Below are positions 19,258 through 28,433 of a stretch of 64,000 nt of DNA, in pieces. How positions within the stretch are numbered: position 1 is the stretch's first letter; each line of letters opens with the position of its first letter. Source of the DNA: Candidatus Niyogibacteria bacterium (lineage in GTDB: Bacteria > Patescibacteriota > Minisyncoccia > JACROR01); contig JACROR010000001.1 in assembly GCA_016214345.1 (NCBI GenBank), positions 1,264 through 65,263 on the forward strand, given 5' to 3'. The translations under genes and the position numbers were made by a program. The notes below the pieces were generated by a model. That model was not told the origin of the DNA and ran no database searches. It saw nothing but the letters and a program-made list of their open reading frames with translations.

Positions 19258-19425
19258 ATTATTCTCCGTGCCATTATCTAACGTGATGGTGTGTTTGAGA
19301 TTCCGAGGGATCGCACTCAGCCGTTTGGCGATGATACTGTTAGTGGTCGCACTGATTTTGTCTTTCACTCTAGTGATGAAATATATTCCGGTCTTTCTTT
19401 CGAGAAGGGCGTTCATTCCCGGCTT
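19258..19425 (-). pseudogene. IS30-family transposase remnant (integrase-core fragment)
   Basis: KPGMNALLERKTG...KDKISATT...IPRNLKHTITLDNGTEN matches the IS30 LVERKSR...TITxDNGxE pattern; no N-terminal HTH or C-terminal part. Confidence 0.75.
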
Positions 19426-19536
19426 GAGTAAGCTCAACAAATTCAGATACATACGAGACTCCTTAATACATCTAAGGAGAATGAAACAATTCAACAAGTT
19501 TAAGGGCGCCAAAGGCTTCATAATGGTATGGGACCA

Positions 19537-19575
19537 CATTTCGCCGCCGCAGGCGGCGAGAAATTCCCTCCGCGA
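19537..19575 (+). repeat. Left arm of an imperfect inverted repeat (partner at 20684-20721)
   Basis: CATTTCGCCGCCGCAGGCGGCGAGAAATTCCCTCCGCGA; followed by near-palindrome TCCACCAGCTGGCGGA. Confidence 0.75.
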
Positions 19576-19650
19576 ATCCACCAGCTGGCGGACGAAAAGG
19601 CGGCGAAGCCGCACCGATGACAATTTCAAGTTTTTCTTTGGCGGCAAATT

Positions 19651-20592
19651 TCAAAGACATGAATTTTTATCAAAAATCAAATGTTCTTTCGGAATTTCAA
19701 ATTCTGCTTTCAAGCGACGCTTGGATAAATACTGATTCGCATCCTCCGATCCTTGAATATTCAAATATTGATAGCCGAGGGAGTTTGCAATTCTCGCACA
19801 TTCTAACATAAGTGCGCGATATAAATTTCTATACTCAAAATCATTTACCAAAACATTGCATCCTAAACATTTCTGAGATATTTCACTAAATACCAGAAAA
19901 CCAATCAGTTTATTATTTTTCGAATCGTAAATACCAAAATGAATCAAGTCGCTTCGAGAATTGCAAAACATTTCGTGAGAGGCGCGGAGATCCTCTTTAC
20001 TCCAGTCATTGCGAAGATGCATATTATCTATCCACTTTTTTAAAATTTCTCCTACAATTTCAAGATTGCAAACTTCCCATCTTCGCACTTCAATTGAGTA
20101 CTCTCGGTTGAATCGCGCCTGTTCTTCACGCAAAGATTGAAAATTCGGACCTTTAAGGTCAGTAAGTTGTTTTGTGTTCAAAATCTGTTCCGGGAAAGAA
20201 TTATCGTCATATTTGGACTGGTTATTCCACCATTCATCTACACGATAGTGACGACAACCAAGTTTCAAAAGCTCTTGCTCAAGTTCCATTCCTACATTTT
20301 TTATAAAAACTGGTTTGCCCGAATTTTCAAAGCATTCTTTTGTAACAGTAGATATATTCTTTGCGCGATTATCTCCCGCGCAAGCAACAACAACAAAATT
20401 ATCCACACCTAGCTTTTTGGTAAAAATAACAATTCCATCTTCAAGCTTGCGGAAATCAAAGTAATTTCTCGTTGCTTGTAATGTATATCCATTACAAAAC
20501 TCAAAATCACAAGAATTGTTATGAAATTTATTAGCAAAATCTCGAAAAATCGGGAGAGCGTCATCAACATTTTTGCCCTTTGTTTCAGTCAT
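19651..20592 (-). CDS. DUF2156 / phosphatidylglycerol lysyltransferase C-terminal (GNAT-like) domain protein
   Basis: LTDLKGPNFQSLREEQARFNREY and GYQYLNIQGSED...SKRRL match the DUF2156 pattern. Confidence 0.65.
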   Translation of the reverse strand: MTETKGKNVDDALPIFRDFANKFHNNSCDFEFCNGYTLQATRNYFDFRKLEDGIVIFTKKLGVDNFVVVACAGDNRAKNISTVTKECFENSGKPVFIKNVGMELEQELLKLGCRHYRVDEWWNNQSKYDDNSFPEQILNTKQLTDLKGPNFQSLREEQARFNREYSIEVRRWEVCNLEIVGEILKKWIDNMHLRNDWSKEDLRASHEMFCNSRSDLIHFGIYDSKNNKLIGFLVFSEISQKCLGCNVLVNDFEYRNLYRALMLECARIANSLGYQYLNIQGSEDANQYLSKRRLKAEFEIPKEHLIFDKNSCL

Positions 20593-20683
20593 AAAAAAAT
20601 TCTTTTCCCAAAATTAAAATGCAGTTCGAGCCGATATTTTCACAGGTTCTTTGGCAGTGTTTATCGGCACGACGGAACCGCGC

Positions 20684-20721
20684 TTGCGGGCGGGACTTCC
20701 TCCGCCTACGGTGGCGAAATG
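20684..20721 (-). repeat. Right arm of the imperfect inverted repeat
   Basis: Minus strand CATTTCGCCACCGTAGGCGGAGGAAGTCCCGCCCGCAA aligns with the left arm. Confidence 0.75.
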
Positions 20722-20892
20722 CGTTCAAACTGTCTTAAGAATACAGAGCCGGTCAGCAAATTGCAAACACACATGATTGATTTCTTAACATTCATATGTT
20801 ATGTTAAAAAATAGTTTATTCTTTGAAATTTAAAAAATAAATCAATAATATGTTCTCAAACTAGGCGCTGCAACTCATGACAGGAGGATTAC

Positions 20893-21600
20893 GTGTACAA
20901 AAACAAGCGTATAGTTACTATTATTCCGGCTCGTGGCGGGAGTAAGGGAGTTCCTCGAAAAAATATAAAATTACTGGATGGAAAACCGCTGATTGGGTAT
21001 TGTATCGAGGTCTTAAAAAAATCTGGCGTAATCGATAGGGTTATAGTATCAACGGAAGATGACGAAATCGCAACCGTTTCCGAATCTCTCGGAGCAGAAA
21101 TTATATGGCGTCCCAAAGAGTTGGCAGCTGACACGGCATTAACAGAACCGGTCATGGAACACGCCCTCAAAGAGATTGAAAAAAAAGGATACCTGCCGGA
21201 TTATATTTCTCTTGCTCAATGCACATCGCCCTTTTTAACTGAGACAACAATACGACAAGCGGTGAATGCCGTAGTCACTAATAATTTTGATTCATGCATT
21301 ACTGTATTTTATCCTCATACGCATGAATTCAAATGGAGGAAAAGCGCGGAGAATAAAGATATTTTTATTCCGGACCACAATGTTGAATGTCGTCCAAGAC
21401 GACAAGATTTACCAAAAATATACCATGAAAATGGCGCCTTCTATATCACCACGACTGCGTTGTTCAAAAAAACTAGAAATCGCTTTGGCGGGAATCTCGC
21501 AAAAATCACTGCCGTGGAGATGAACGAAGAAGACTCCCTCCAAATTGACACTGAATTTGATTTTTGGCTCGTTGAACAAATAATTACTAAAAAGCATTAG
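20893..21600 (+). CDS. neuA: Acylneuraminate/nonulosonate cytidylyltransferase
   Basis: IPARGGSKGVPRKN, VSTEDDEI, QCTSPF, RRQDL, ENGAFY, QIDT; GTG start after AGGAGG. Confidence 0.9.
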   Translation: MYKNKRIVTIIPARGGSKGVPRKNIKLLDGKPLIGYCIEVLKKSGVIDRVIVSTEDDEIATVSESLGAEIIWRPKELAADTALTEPVMEHALKEIEKKGYLPDYISLAQCTSPFLTETTIRQAVNAVVTNNFDSCITVFYPHTHEFKWRKSAENKDIFIPDHNVECRPRRQDLPKIYHENGAFYITTTALFKKTRNRFGGNLAKITAVEMNEEDSLQIDTEFDFWLVEQIITKKH

Positions 21601-21632
21601 TTTGCCAAAATATATATTTTGGCAAACTAATG
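21595..21632. repeat. Perfect 38-bp palindrome at the neuA stop codon
   Basis: CATTAGTTTGCCAAAATAT|ATATTTTGGCAAACTAATG. Confidence 0.9.
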
Positions 21633-21634
21633 AA

Positions 21635-21661
21635 AAAACCACCGACTATGCCGGTGGTTTT
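21635..21661. terminator. Bidirectional terminator between neuA and neuB
   Basis: AAAACCACCG-ACTATGC-CGGTGGTTTT. Confidence 0.75.
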
Positions 21662-21668
21662 ATTTTGC

Positions 21669-22610
21669 TTATTTTTTTCTTAATTTTTCCTTAATGGGAA
21701 TCTCAACGGCCAAAAGACGTTTTTCACCATCTCCTCTTGCCTCTTCCCAGAGTCTTATATCCCTCACCAAAAGTTCTAATCCTTTCGGTGCAATACTGGC
21801 CGCTTGGTCAGAACCCCACATCGTTCGATCTAGGGTAATATGCCTTTCGATCAAACAAGCGCCGCACACCACAGCCATCACTGAAGGCGCAACGCCACGT
21901 TCATGCCCACTGTAACCAATCGGCACATTAGGGAACCTCTTCTGAAGGGTTTTAATTACCCGCAGGTTAAGATCATGATCCGCTGACGGATAAGTCGCAA
22001 CACAATGCAAAATTATTAAATTCTCTTCTCCTAAAATATCTACCGCGGAAATAATTTCTTCCATTGTGCTCATTCCGGTTGACAGGATAATCGGCTTACC
22101 TTTTAAGCGTAGACACTTTAAAAGATTATGGTCAGTCAAACTGGCCGAAGCTACCTTGTAACAAGGGACTTTAAGCTCCGCCAAAAAATCAACACTGCCC
22201 AAATCCCACGGAGAAGCGAACCACACAATTCCTTTTTTCTGACAATACCTATCAATCTCTCGATATTCTTCTTTCGTAAATTCCAAGGCATATTTTAAGT
22301 CGCCATTAGTAGTGCTCGCTAAATTGGAATCAATAAGACATTTAATTCTATCTCCGGACAAAACTCCTCGCTTAATAGCGTTAGCAATAATATCTGCCGG
22401 GACATCGCGCGACTTTAATAATTCCGCTTTAGTATATACGGCATCAACTGTTCTTTTCTGAAACTTAACCATGTCACAACCGGCATCAACAGCAACGTCT
22501 ATGAGCCTCTTGGCGATTTCTACATTGCCATTATGATTGATTCCGATTTCTGCGACAATAACGCACGGACGATCTTTACCAATAATCTTATCTGCCACCT
22601 TAACTGCCAT
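21669..22610 (-). CDS. neuB: N-acetylneuraminate (nonulosonate) synthase, short form without the C-terminal SAF/antifreeze domain
   Basis: AEIGINHNG, KFQKRT, KVASA, LSTGMST, GYSGHE, ERHITLDR. Confidence 0.9.
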   Translation of the reverse strand: MAVKVADKIIGKDRPCVIVAEIGINHNGNVEIAKRLIDVAVDAGCDMVKFQKRTVDAVYTKAELLKSRDVPADIIANAIKRGVLSGDRIKCLIDSNLASTTNGDLKYALEFTKEEYREIDRYCQKKGIVWFASPWDLGSVDFLAELKVPCYKVASASLTDHNLLKCLRLKGKPIILSTGMSTMEEIISAVDILGEENLIILHCVATYPSADHDLNLRVIKTLQKRFPNVPIGYSGHERGVAPSVMAVVCGACLIERHITLDRTMWGSDQAASIAPKGLELLVRDIRLWEEARGDGEKRLLAVEIPIKEKLRKK

Positions 22611-22757
22611 GACCGTCCTCCTTCACACAGTAATTAATTATCAAGGGTCGTCTTTTATTTTAGACTACATAAATAATCTCCTAAATACAATCTTGACTTT
22701 TTATATCAGATAGTTTGTAACAAATATCGGAACCGTTATAATTTCCGATAACTTCTA

Positions 22758-24110
22758 TCATGTTGGGTGCTGAAATTTTTGAATTATTTTAATAATTTCA
22801 TTTTCAGCGCGCACACTTGACTGACCGTCTGAATTTCCCAATAAATCTTTGAATAATTTTTTCTTACTGATCATATCATGACTAGTATATAAATCTGAAT
22901 TGAAAATATATTTTTCAAGATCTGTTTCGGTTTTTATATAATTGACCAACTCCGGATGCTCGCTAAAATAATCCCAGGGTTTATCAGTTATTAAGTCTCC
23001 AAAATAAGGCGAAATTAAAACCTTTTCAAAAATAAGCGCCTCAAGACAGGTGGTAGAATTAAAACTTATCACGGCTATAGAATTCTTGATTAAATCAAGG
23101 GTGTCGCCGATATTGGTAATTACCAGATTGTCTATGGGATCTTTAAAATTATCCGCTAAAATTTGCTTAACATATTGAAAATAATGGCCGGCAAATTTTG
23201 TTTTGATTATTACTTTTATATTTTTATTATCCGCGGCAAATTTAATAACCGATTTATGAAAATTGTAAAATCTATCTCTTATTTCTTTAATTTTATTATC
23301 ATCTTTTATAAACAAGCCGAGAAGTCTATCATCGGGGTCCGAGGAAAAACACACTACCTGCTTGCTAATATATTTTTTTTCTTTTTTCGGCATTGTAAAG
23401 TAGTAATCAAACCGCGGCATGCCAACAATTTTAGTATTATTCTCTGAAATTCCCGAGAGGGAGTTATTCAGCAACGCCCTCCTAATTTCGTTGCTGTAGA
23501 ACAAAATCTCAGCACCCCTAAATTTATAAACCTTAAATAAATCAGCCCATTCTTTTCCATACCCAGGAACAAGTAGCCCTTCTTTGTGCAGAATAATGAA
23601 AGGAATCCCATTTTTCGTACACACATCTTCCAACTCCTGTTGCTCCGGATAACCGAAATTACCAGATAAAACCGCATCAAATTTTATTAATCTGCGCAAT
23701 GCGGGAATCATCTGGCTTAAATATAAATTGTACTTTCGCTTAGCGTCACCCGCTAAATTACAAATATGATAATTTTCTTCTGTTAGCTGATTTCTCTCTG
23801 ATTCTGTCAAAAAATAATCAAAAATCATACGAAAATAATTTTTAAAAATTACAACATACTTAATGCGCCCTCCAAAATTCGCTAGCGCCTCTATGTCATT
23901 TAAAAAAACGCTCCTGCCCAAACAAAGGACCGTAAAATCGCCCCTTCTATTAACTTTGCTTGCAATCATCATAAAAATCAGGGCCGTTAATTTTGGATAA
24001 TTGATAAACAAACTAAGCTTAACGAGAAGAATAAATAGCGAGGACTTTATTTTGTGTCTTGCTTTCTTGAATATCGAACGATCTTGTATTGCTAAGATTA
24101 TTTTTTCCAT
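22758..24110 (-). CDS. Hypothetical GT-B-like protein (capsule / CDP-glycerol transferase-like; candidate nonulosonate transferase)
   Basis: HKEG, VGMPRFD, VIIKTK, FNSTTCLEALIFEK, DGQSSVR. Confidence 0.55.
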   Translation of the reverse strand: MEKIILAIQDRSIFKKARHKIKSSLFILLVKLSLFINYPKLTALIFMMIASKVNRRGDFTVLCLGRSVFLNDIEALANFGGRIKYVVIFKNYFRMIFDYFLTESERNQLTEENYHICNLAGDAKRKYNLYLSQMIPALRRLIKFDAVLSGNFGYPEQQELEDVCTKNGIPFIILHKEGLLVPGYGKEWADLFKVYKFRGAEILFYSNEIRRALLNNSLSGISENNTKIVGMPRFDYYFTMPKKEKKYISKQVVCFSSDPDDRLLGLFIKDDNKIKEIRDRFYNFHKSVIKFAADNKNIKVIIKTKFAGHYFQYVKQILADNFKDPIDNLVITNIGDTLDLIKNSIAVISFNSTTCLEALIFEKVLISPYFGDLITDKPWDYFSEHPELVNYIKTETDLEKYIFNSDLYTSHDMISKKKLFKDLLGNSDGQSSVRAENEIIKIIQKFQHPT

Positions 24111-24176
24111 TTTGGCTTCTTTTTATTTTAAGATAATATATTATATGTTAGCATAAGAGAACGAAATAAAAAAAAC

Positions 24177-25205
24177 ATGAACATGGCAAAACAAAAAAAA
24201 TTCAATATCCCACGTAAAAAAGGAAAGGAGACAAATTGGAAAAATTTGAATCGTAGTATTTTATGGCGAATAAAGGCCGCGAAAAGAAAAAAAGAAACAG
24301 CAAAATATTCGGCCTTCTTTCAAAAAAAATTAAAACATTGCCCTATATGCAATAATAAACAATATCAGACTTTTGTCATCATATATGGATATAAATATGC
24401 GGAGTGTAAATCGTGTGGTCACATTTTTATGCAACCGCCGTTAGATCTAAAAGCTGTAAGACATATGTATTCTGGCGGCAAAAAATCTTCTATGCAAGAT
24501 AAGATTTATATTAATAATGAAAATCTTTTCAAAAAAAGAATTAAACAAATTGCGACGCCAAAAGTTGAATATTGTAACGGTATAATTAAAAAAAAGGGGG
24601 TATGGATTGATATAGGATGCGGAGTTGGCGAAATGCTAATTGCCGCCGAAAAAACAGGCTGGAAAGTGTTTGGAATAGAACCAGATTTAAGAGAAGTAAA
24701 ATTTGCCAAACAACACGGCTTAAATGTTGCTCAAGATTTCATAACTACGGATAATGCAGAACAATTACGAGATGCAGACGTAGTCTCTTTGATCAGCGTC
24801 CTTGAACATATAAATAATCCTTCTGAATTCTTACAAAACATAGTAAATGCATTGCCACGAAACGCGTATGTAATCATTGAAGTTCCAAGACATCCTTCAT
24901 TGTCATCTTTTGTAAACTTAGTATTCCCTAATTTAGCATACCGACACATACATTCACCGGAACATTTGCATATTTTTACAGAAAAATCATTAGCGACAAT
25001 GTTCAGTCGTGCCAGATTAAAAGCCGTCGGCATGTGGGAATTTGGCCAAGACGTATCAGATTTAATATTATTAGCAGCTGCCAATGCCTCAAAAAAAGAA
25101 AGTCAATTTATTGGCATGATCTACAAACTTGTGCCTGATTTACAAAAAGTTGTGGATGAAAAAAGCATGTCTGATACAATTTTTATAGTCACTAAAAAAT
25201 TTTAA
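24177..25205 (+). CDS. Class I SAM methyltransferase with N-terminal Zn ribbon
   Basis: CPIC...CKSCG, DIGCGVG, VLEHI, EVP. Confidence 0.85.
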   Translation: MNMAKQKKFNIPRKKGKETNWKNLNRSILWRIKAAKRKKETAKYSAFFQKKLKHCPICNNKQYQTFVIIYGYKYAECKSCGHIFMQPPLDLKAVRHMYSGGKKSSMQDKIYINNENLFKKRIKQIATPKVEYCNGIIKKKGVWIDIGCGVGEMLIAAEKTGWKVFGIEPDLREVKFAKQHGLNVAQDFITTDNAEQLRDADVVSLISVLEHINNPSEFLQNIVNALPRNAYVIIEVPRHPSLSSFVNLVFPNLAYRHIHSPEHLHIFTEKSLATMFSRARLKAVGMWEFGQDVSDLILLAAANASKKESQFIGMIYKLVPDLQKVVDEKSMSDTIFIVTKKF

Positions 25206-25235
25206 AAATATACTTTTAGCATCATATAGTCAATC

Positions 25236-27029
25236 TCATTTTCTTACATTATACATCTTGAAAAAGTGCGAATCTTTGTCTTTAAGAAGTTCGTCTGGCA
25301 TCCCCTCTTCAATAATTTTTCCATTTTCCAAAACAATCAGCTTGTCTGAAATCATAACCGTAGAAAGACGATGAGCGATCGCTATAACCGTCATCTTCCC
25401 CTTCAGACTTTCTATTGATTTTTGTATCATCATCTCCGATTCATTATCCAGCGCGGATGTTGCCTCATCAAGTATTAATATTTGTGGCCGTCTTACCAAT
25501 GCACGAGCCAACACAATCCTTTGACGCTGCCCTCCGGAAAGCATCGTTCCGCGCTCTCCAACAATTGTTTTGTATCCATTCGGCTGTTTTTCTATAAATT
25601 CATGGATATTTGCCATTCTGGCCGCCAAAACAATATCTTCGTGTTCCAATGCTTCATTATAAAACTTTATATTATTTTCAATGGTGTCATTCAGCAGAAA
25701 TATATCCTGCGAAACATAGCCTATATTTGCGCGCCAACTGGAAAGTTTAATATTATCAATATTTTCTCCATCCAATAAAATAACGCCTTTTTGCGGATAA
25801 AAAAGCCGTAGCAACAAATCAACGATCGTGGTTTTCCCAGCCCCAGACTGCCCCACCAAGCCAATGATTGAACCTTTTTTGATGTCAAAACTCAAGCCAG
25901 ATAGCACATATTCTTTTCTTTCGTCATCATAAGCAAAGTGTACATTTTGCAATTTTAGACTCTTCTGAAAAGAAAAGGTTTTTTGTCCACCATCTTTCTC
26001 CGCGCATTGAATCGTTTCATCTTTATAATTCAATACGCTCATTAGGTGTGGAATCTGCGAGCTTATCGCATGCGCCTGTGATTGCGCCAACTGTATATTC
26101 GCAAATACTTTATTGATAGCATAAATAATAACCGCGAAAGATGCTAAATTAAGCATTGTTGTTTTGTAAAAAAAAGAGAATATGCCAATGATGAAAATGA
26201 GCCCCACTGGTTGTAAGATTACATTGGTGCAATTCTTAAGCATAGAAACTCTGATATATAGATCTTTCATGCGTTCAAAGTACGTAAGTCCAACAGTTAA
26301 TACGCTCTCGCCGACAAACATGGCCTTCACAGTCTTCATACCAATCATATGTTCATTAACATAATGGGCGATGTGTTTATATTTTTGGGTTATTTCTCTG
26401 TAAGCAACTCGGTTTCTATAAAATAAAGGTTTAAAAATAATAAAAATGACCCCGCCTAAGACGAAAACAAGAAGCGCAATAATCGGAGATATATTAAACG
26501 CTAAAATGCCGTACACGACAATATTAGCAATCATAATCATGATACCGCCGATATAGAAAAGAAGGGCCGAACTATTTACAATGTTGGTTGTTAAAATTTG
26601 ATCAAGATGACCAATTTTTTGTTTAGATAAATATCGCCAATCAGCGGCAAATGTCAGTTTCAGAAGTGCGCCTCTCATAGTCTTTTCATAATCCGCGGTA
26701 ATCTCTGCAATCACATACTGTGTAAAAAATAAAAAAGCTGCCTTTACCAAAAACAACAAAATAATAAATATTAACAAGTACTTAACCGTATATGTTATAT
26801 GAAAAAAAAGAAAGAATTTCTCAATAGCTTGAGAAATTTTGTCGGTTGCTTGACCGCCTTTAATAAAAGAAAGGATTGGAATGACTGTGTTAATGCCAAC
26901 GATCTCCAATATTCCTGAAAAAAAGCTCAAAGCAGCCATGCCGGCAATTTGCCATTTATACTGTCCGAACGCCCTTTGAAACAATCTAATGACCGCGAAT
27001 ATTTTAGTATTTTTAAATGCGAATTCCAT
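25236..27029 (-). CDS. ABC transporter, fused permease-ATPase (PglK/MsbA-like glycan flippase)
   Basis: TM domain; GQSGAGKT, LSGGQRQR, ILDEATSALD, IAHRL. Confidence 0.9.
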   Translation of the reverse strand: MEFAFKNTKIFAVIRLFQRAFGQYKWQIAGMAALSFFSGILEIVGINTVIPILSFIKGGQATDKISQAIEKFFLFFHITYTVKYLLIFIILLFLVKAAFLFFTQYVIAEITADYEKTMRGALLKLTFAADWRYLSKQKIGHLDQILTTNIVNSSALLFYIGGIMIMIANIVVYGILAFNISPIIALLVFVLGGVIFIIFKPLFYRNRVAYREITQKYKHIAHYVNEHMIGMKTVKAMFVGESVLTVGLTYFERMKDLYIRVSMLKNCTNVILQPVGLIFIIGIFSFFYKTTMLNLASFAVIIYAINKVFANIQLAQSQAHAISSQIPHLMSVLNYKDETIQCAEKDGGQKTFSFQKSLKLQNVHFAYDDERKEYVLSGLSFDIKKGSIIGLVGQSGAGKTTIVDLLLRLFYPQKGVILLDGENIDNIKLSSWRANIGYVSQDIFLLNDTIENNIKFYNEALEHEDIVLAARMANIHEFIEKQPNGYKTIVGERGTMLSGGQRQRIVLARALVRRPQILILDEATSALDNESEMMIQKSIESLKGKMTVIAIAHRLSTVMISDKLIVLENGKIIEEGMPDELLKDKDSHFFKMYNVRK

Positions 27030-27043
27030 ATTTTATGGAAAAT

Positions 27044-28369
27044 TTATGTCAATCTTTTAAATCCAACGTGAGCAGTCGGCCCCTCTAGTAAAGCGCGCAC
27101 TTTATTGTCTTTAATGGCTTGTCCTAAAAGACAAAAAACTTCGTCAGCCGCATTGAGATATTTTCTGATATGTTTTTCTTTAAGACTATATGTAACATAA
27201 AGCACACTCCCCACTAAAAATTCTCTTTTCAGCATCTCCTGCGTATAAAGCGTCTTTATTGTTTGACCATCTTCACCGTAATCAAAACTCAAGTGAGGCA
27301 TTGGAGATAATCCGCTTACTAATAATCTTATATTATGTTTCTTTGCGCATTCCTTCATTCCGCGCATAAACATACCGCCAATGCGTAGAAGGTGCCTGGG
27401 AACCTTCTTATTTATCATTTTTCCTATACTGGCCAGCGCCGCAACAGTTCCAATTCGTTCCGTCCAATAAGAGCTGCTGATAAAAGTCGTTTGCGCGGAT
27501 TGCATTATTTTTTTCTTGCCAATAATTGCCGCCATGGGAAAACCATTGCTTATTCCTTTGGCAAACACCGCAATATCCGGATTAACGCCGTACTTCAGAT
27601 GCGCTCCGCCATACGAAAGACGCCAGCCGATAGTTATTTCATCAAAAATTAAAACGGCTCCGCTTTTGTTTGCAATCCTCCGCACCTTTTGTAAAAAATT
27701 ATTCATCGGCTCATGATTACGCAATGGCTCCATTATAATCACTCCTATGTCTTTATTTTTAGAAACAATATTTTCCAATTCTTCTATCTTATTGTAACTA
27801 AAAGGAATGGCTGTTCCTCGCAATCCTTTAGGTACGCCCCTTGGATCCAAACCCGGAAGCAAATGTTCTTTGAGATTTTTATTATTTCCAAGATTAGCGG
27901 CTAAATACCAATCTTGCCAGCCATGATAACCGCAAAACGCAATTTTATCCTTACCGGAATACGCGCGGGCGATGCGCACGGCGATAGCCATTGCTTCGCC
28001 TCCGCCTCGCGCATATCGCACCATGTCAGCCCATGAGTGCAATTTGCATAATAATTCAGCTAACTTTATTTCTTCAGGACAATTCAGCGTGGATATATTA
28101 CCTTGATCAATCACTTTTTTAACAGCATTATTTACATCTGGGTCAGCATAACCCAATATACAAGCGCCGATACTTGCCAATGTGTCTATATATTTATTCC
28201 CATCTAAATCCCACACAAAAACTCCTTTGGCTTTTTTAAAATAAGACGGCCATTGTTCCGGCAAAAACATTTCCGCACGTTTTGATAATAATTGCGAGCC
28301 GCCAGGAATGATTTTCTTGGCTTTATTCCATAATTTAACGCCTTTTTTATTTTTCATAAGCCTTTTCAC
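27044..28369 (-). CDS. Class III PLP aminotransferase (GSA-aminomutase-like, sugar-pathway type); ATG at 28357 is an alternative start
   Basis: WDLDGNKYID, YARGGGEA, GYHGW, LIFDEITIGWR, FAKGISNG. Confidence 0.85.
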   Translation of the reverse strand: MKRLMKNKKGVKLWNKAKKIIPGGSQLLSKRAEMFLPEQWPSYFKKAKGVFVWDLDGNKYIDTLASIGACILGYADPDVNNAVKKVIDQGNISTLNCPEEIKLAELLCKLHSWADMVRYARGGGEAMAIAVRIARAYSGKDKIAFCGYHGWQDWYLAANLGNNKNLKEHLLPGLDPRGVPKGLRGTAIPFSYNKIEELENIVSKNKDIGVIIMEPLRNHEPMNNFLQKVRRIANKSGAVLIFDEITIGWRLSYGGAHLKYGVNPDIAVFAKGISNGFPMAAIIGKKKIMQSAQTTFISSSYWTERIGTVAALASIGKMINKKVPRHLLRIGGMFMRGMKECAKKHNIRLLVSGLSPMPHLSFDYGEDGQTIKTLYTQEMLKREFLVGSVLYVTYSLKEKHIRKYLNAADEVFCLLGQAIKDNKVRALLEGPTAHVGFKRLT

Positions 28370-28390
28370 AATATACCATATATTATAAAT

Positions 28391-28423
28391 AAACTTCCTT
28401 GCAAAATAATTGCGAGGAAGTTT
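28391..28423 (-). terminator. Terminator-like hairpin after the radical SAM gene
   Basis: AAACTTCCTTGCAA...TTGCGAGGAAGTTT. Confidence 0.6.
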
Positions 28424-28433
28424 TTGACTAAAT

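Noticed and set aside
19225-19811. ORFs 19268-19735, 19472-19660, 19617-19811 and full-length 19225-19647 as genes
   Set aside because: They run through repeats and antisense frames; only the IS30-like segment has recognisable homology
27044-28369. hemL (tetrapyrrole synthesis)
   Set aside because: Sugar-cluster context near SpsF/NeuB and no hem genes
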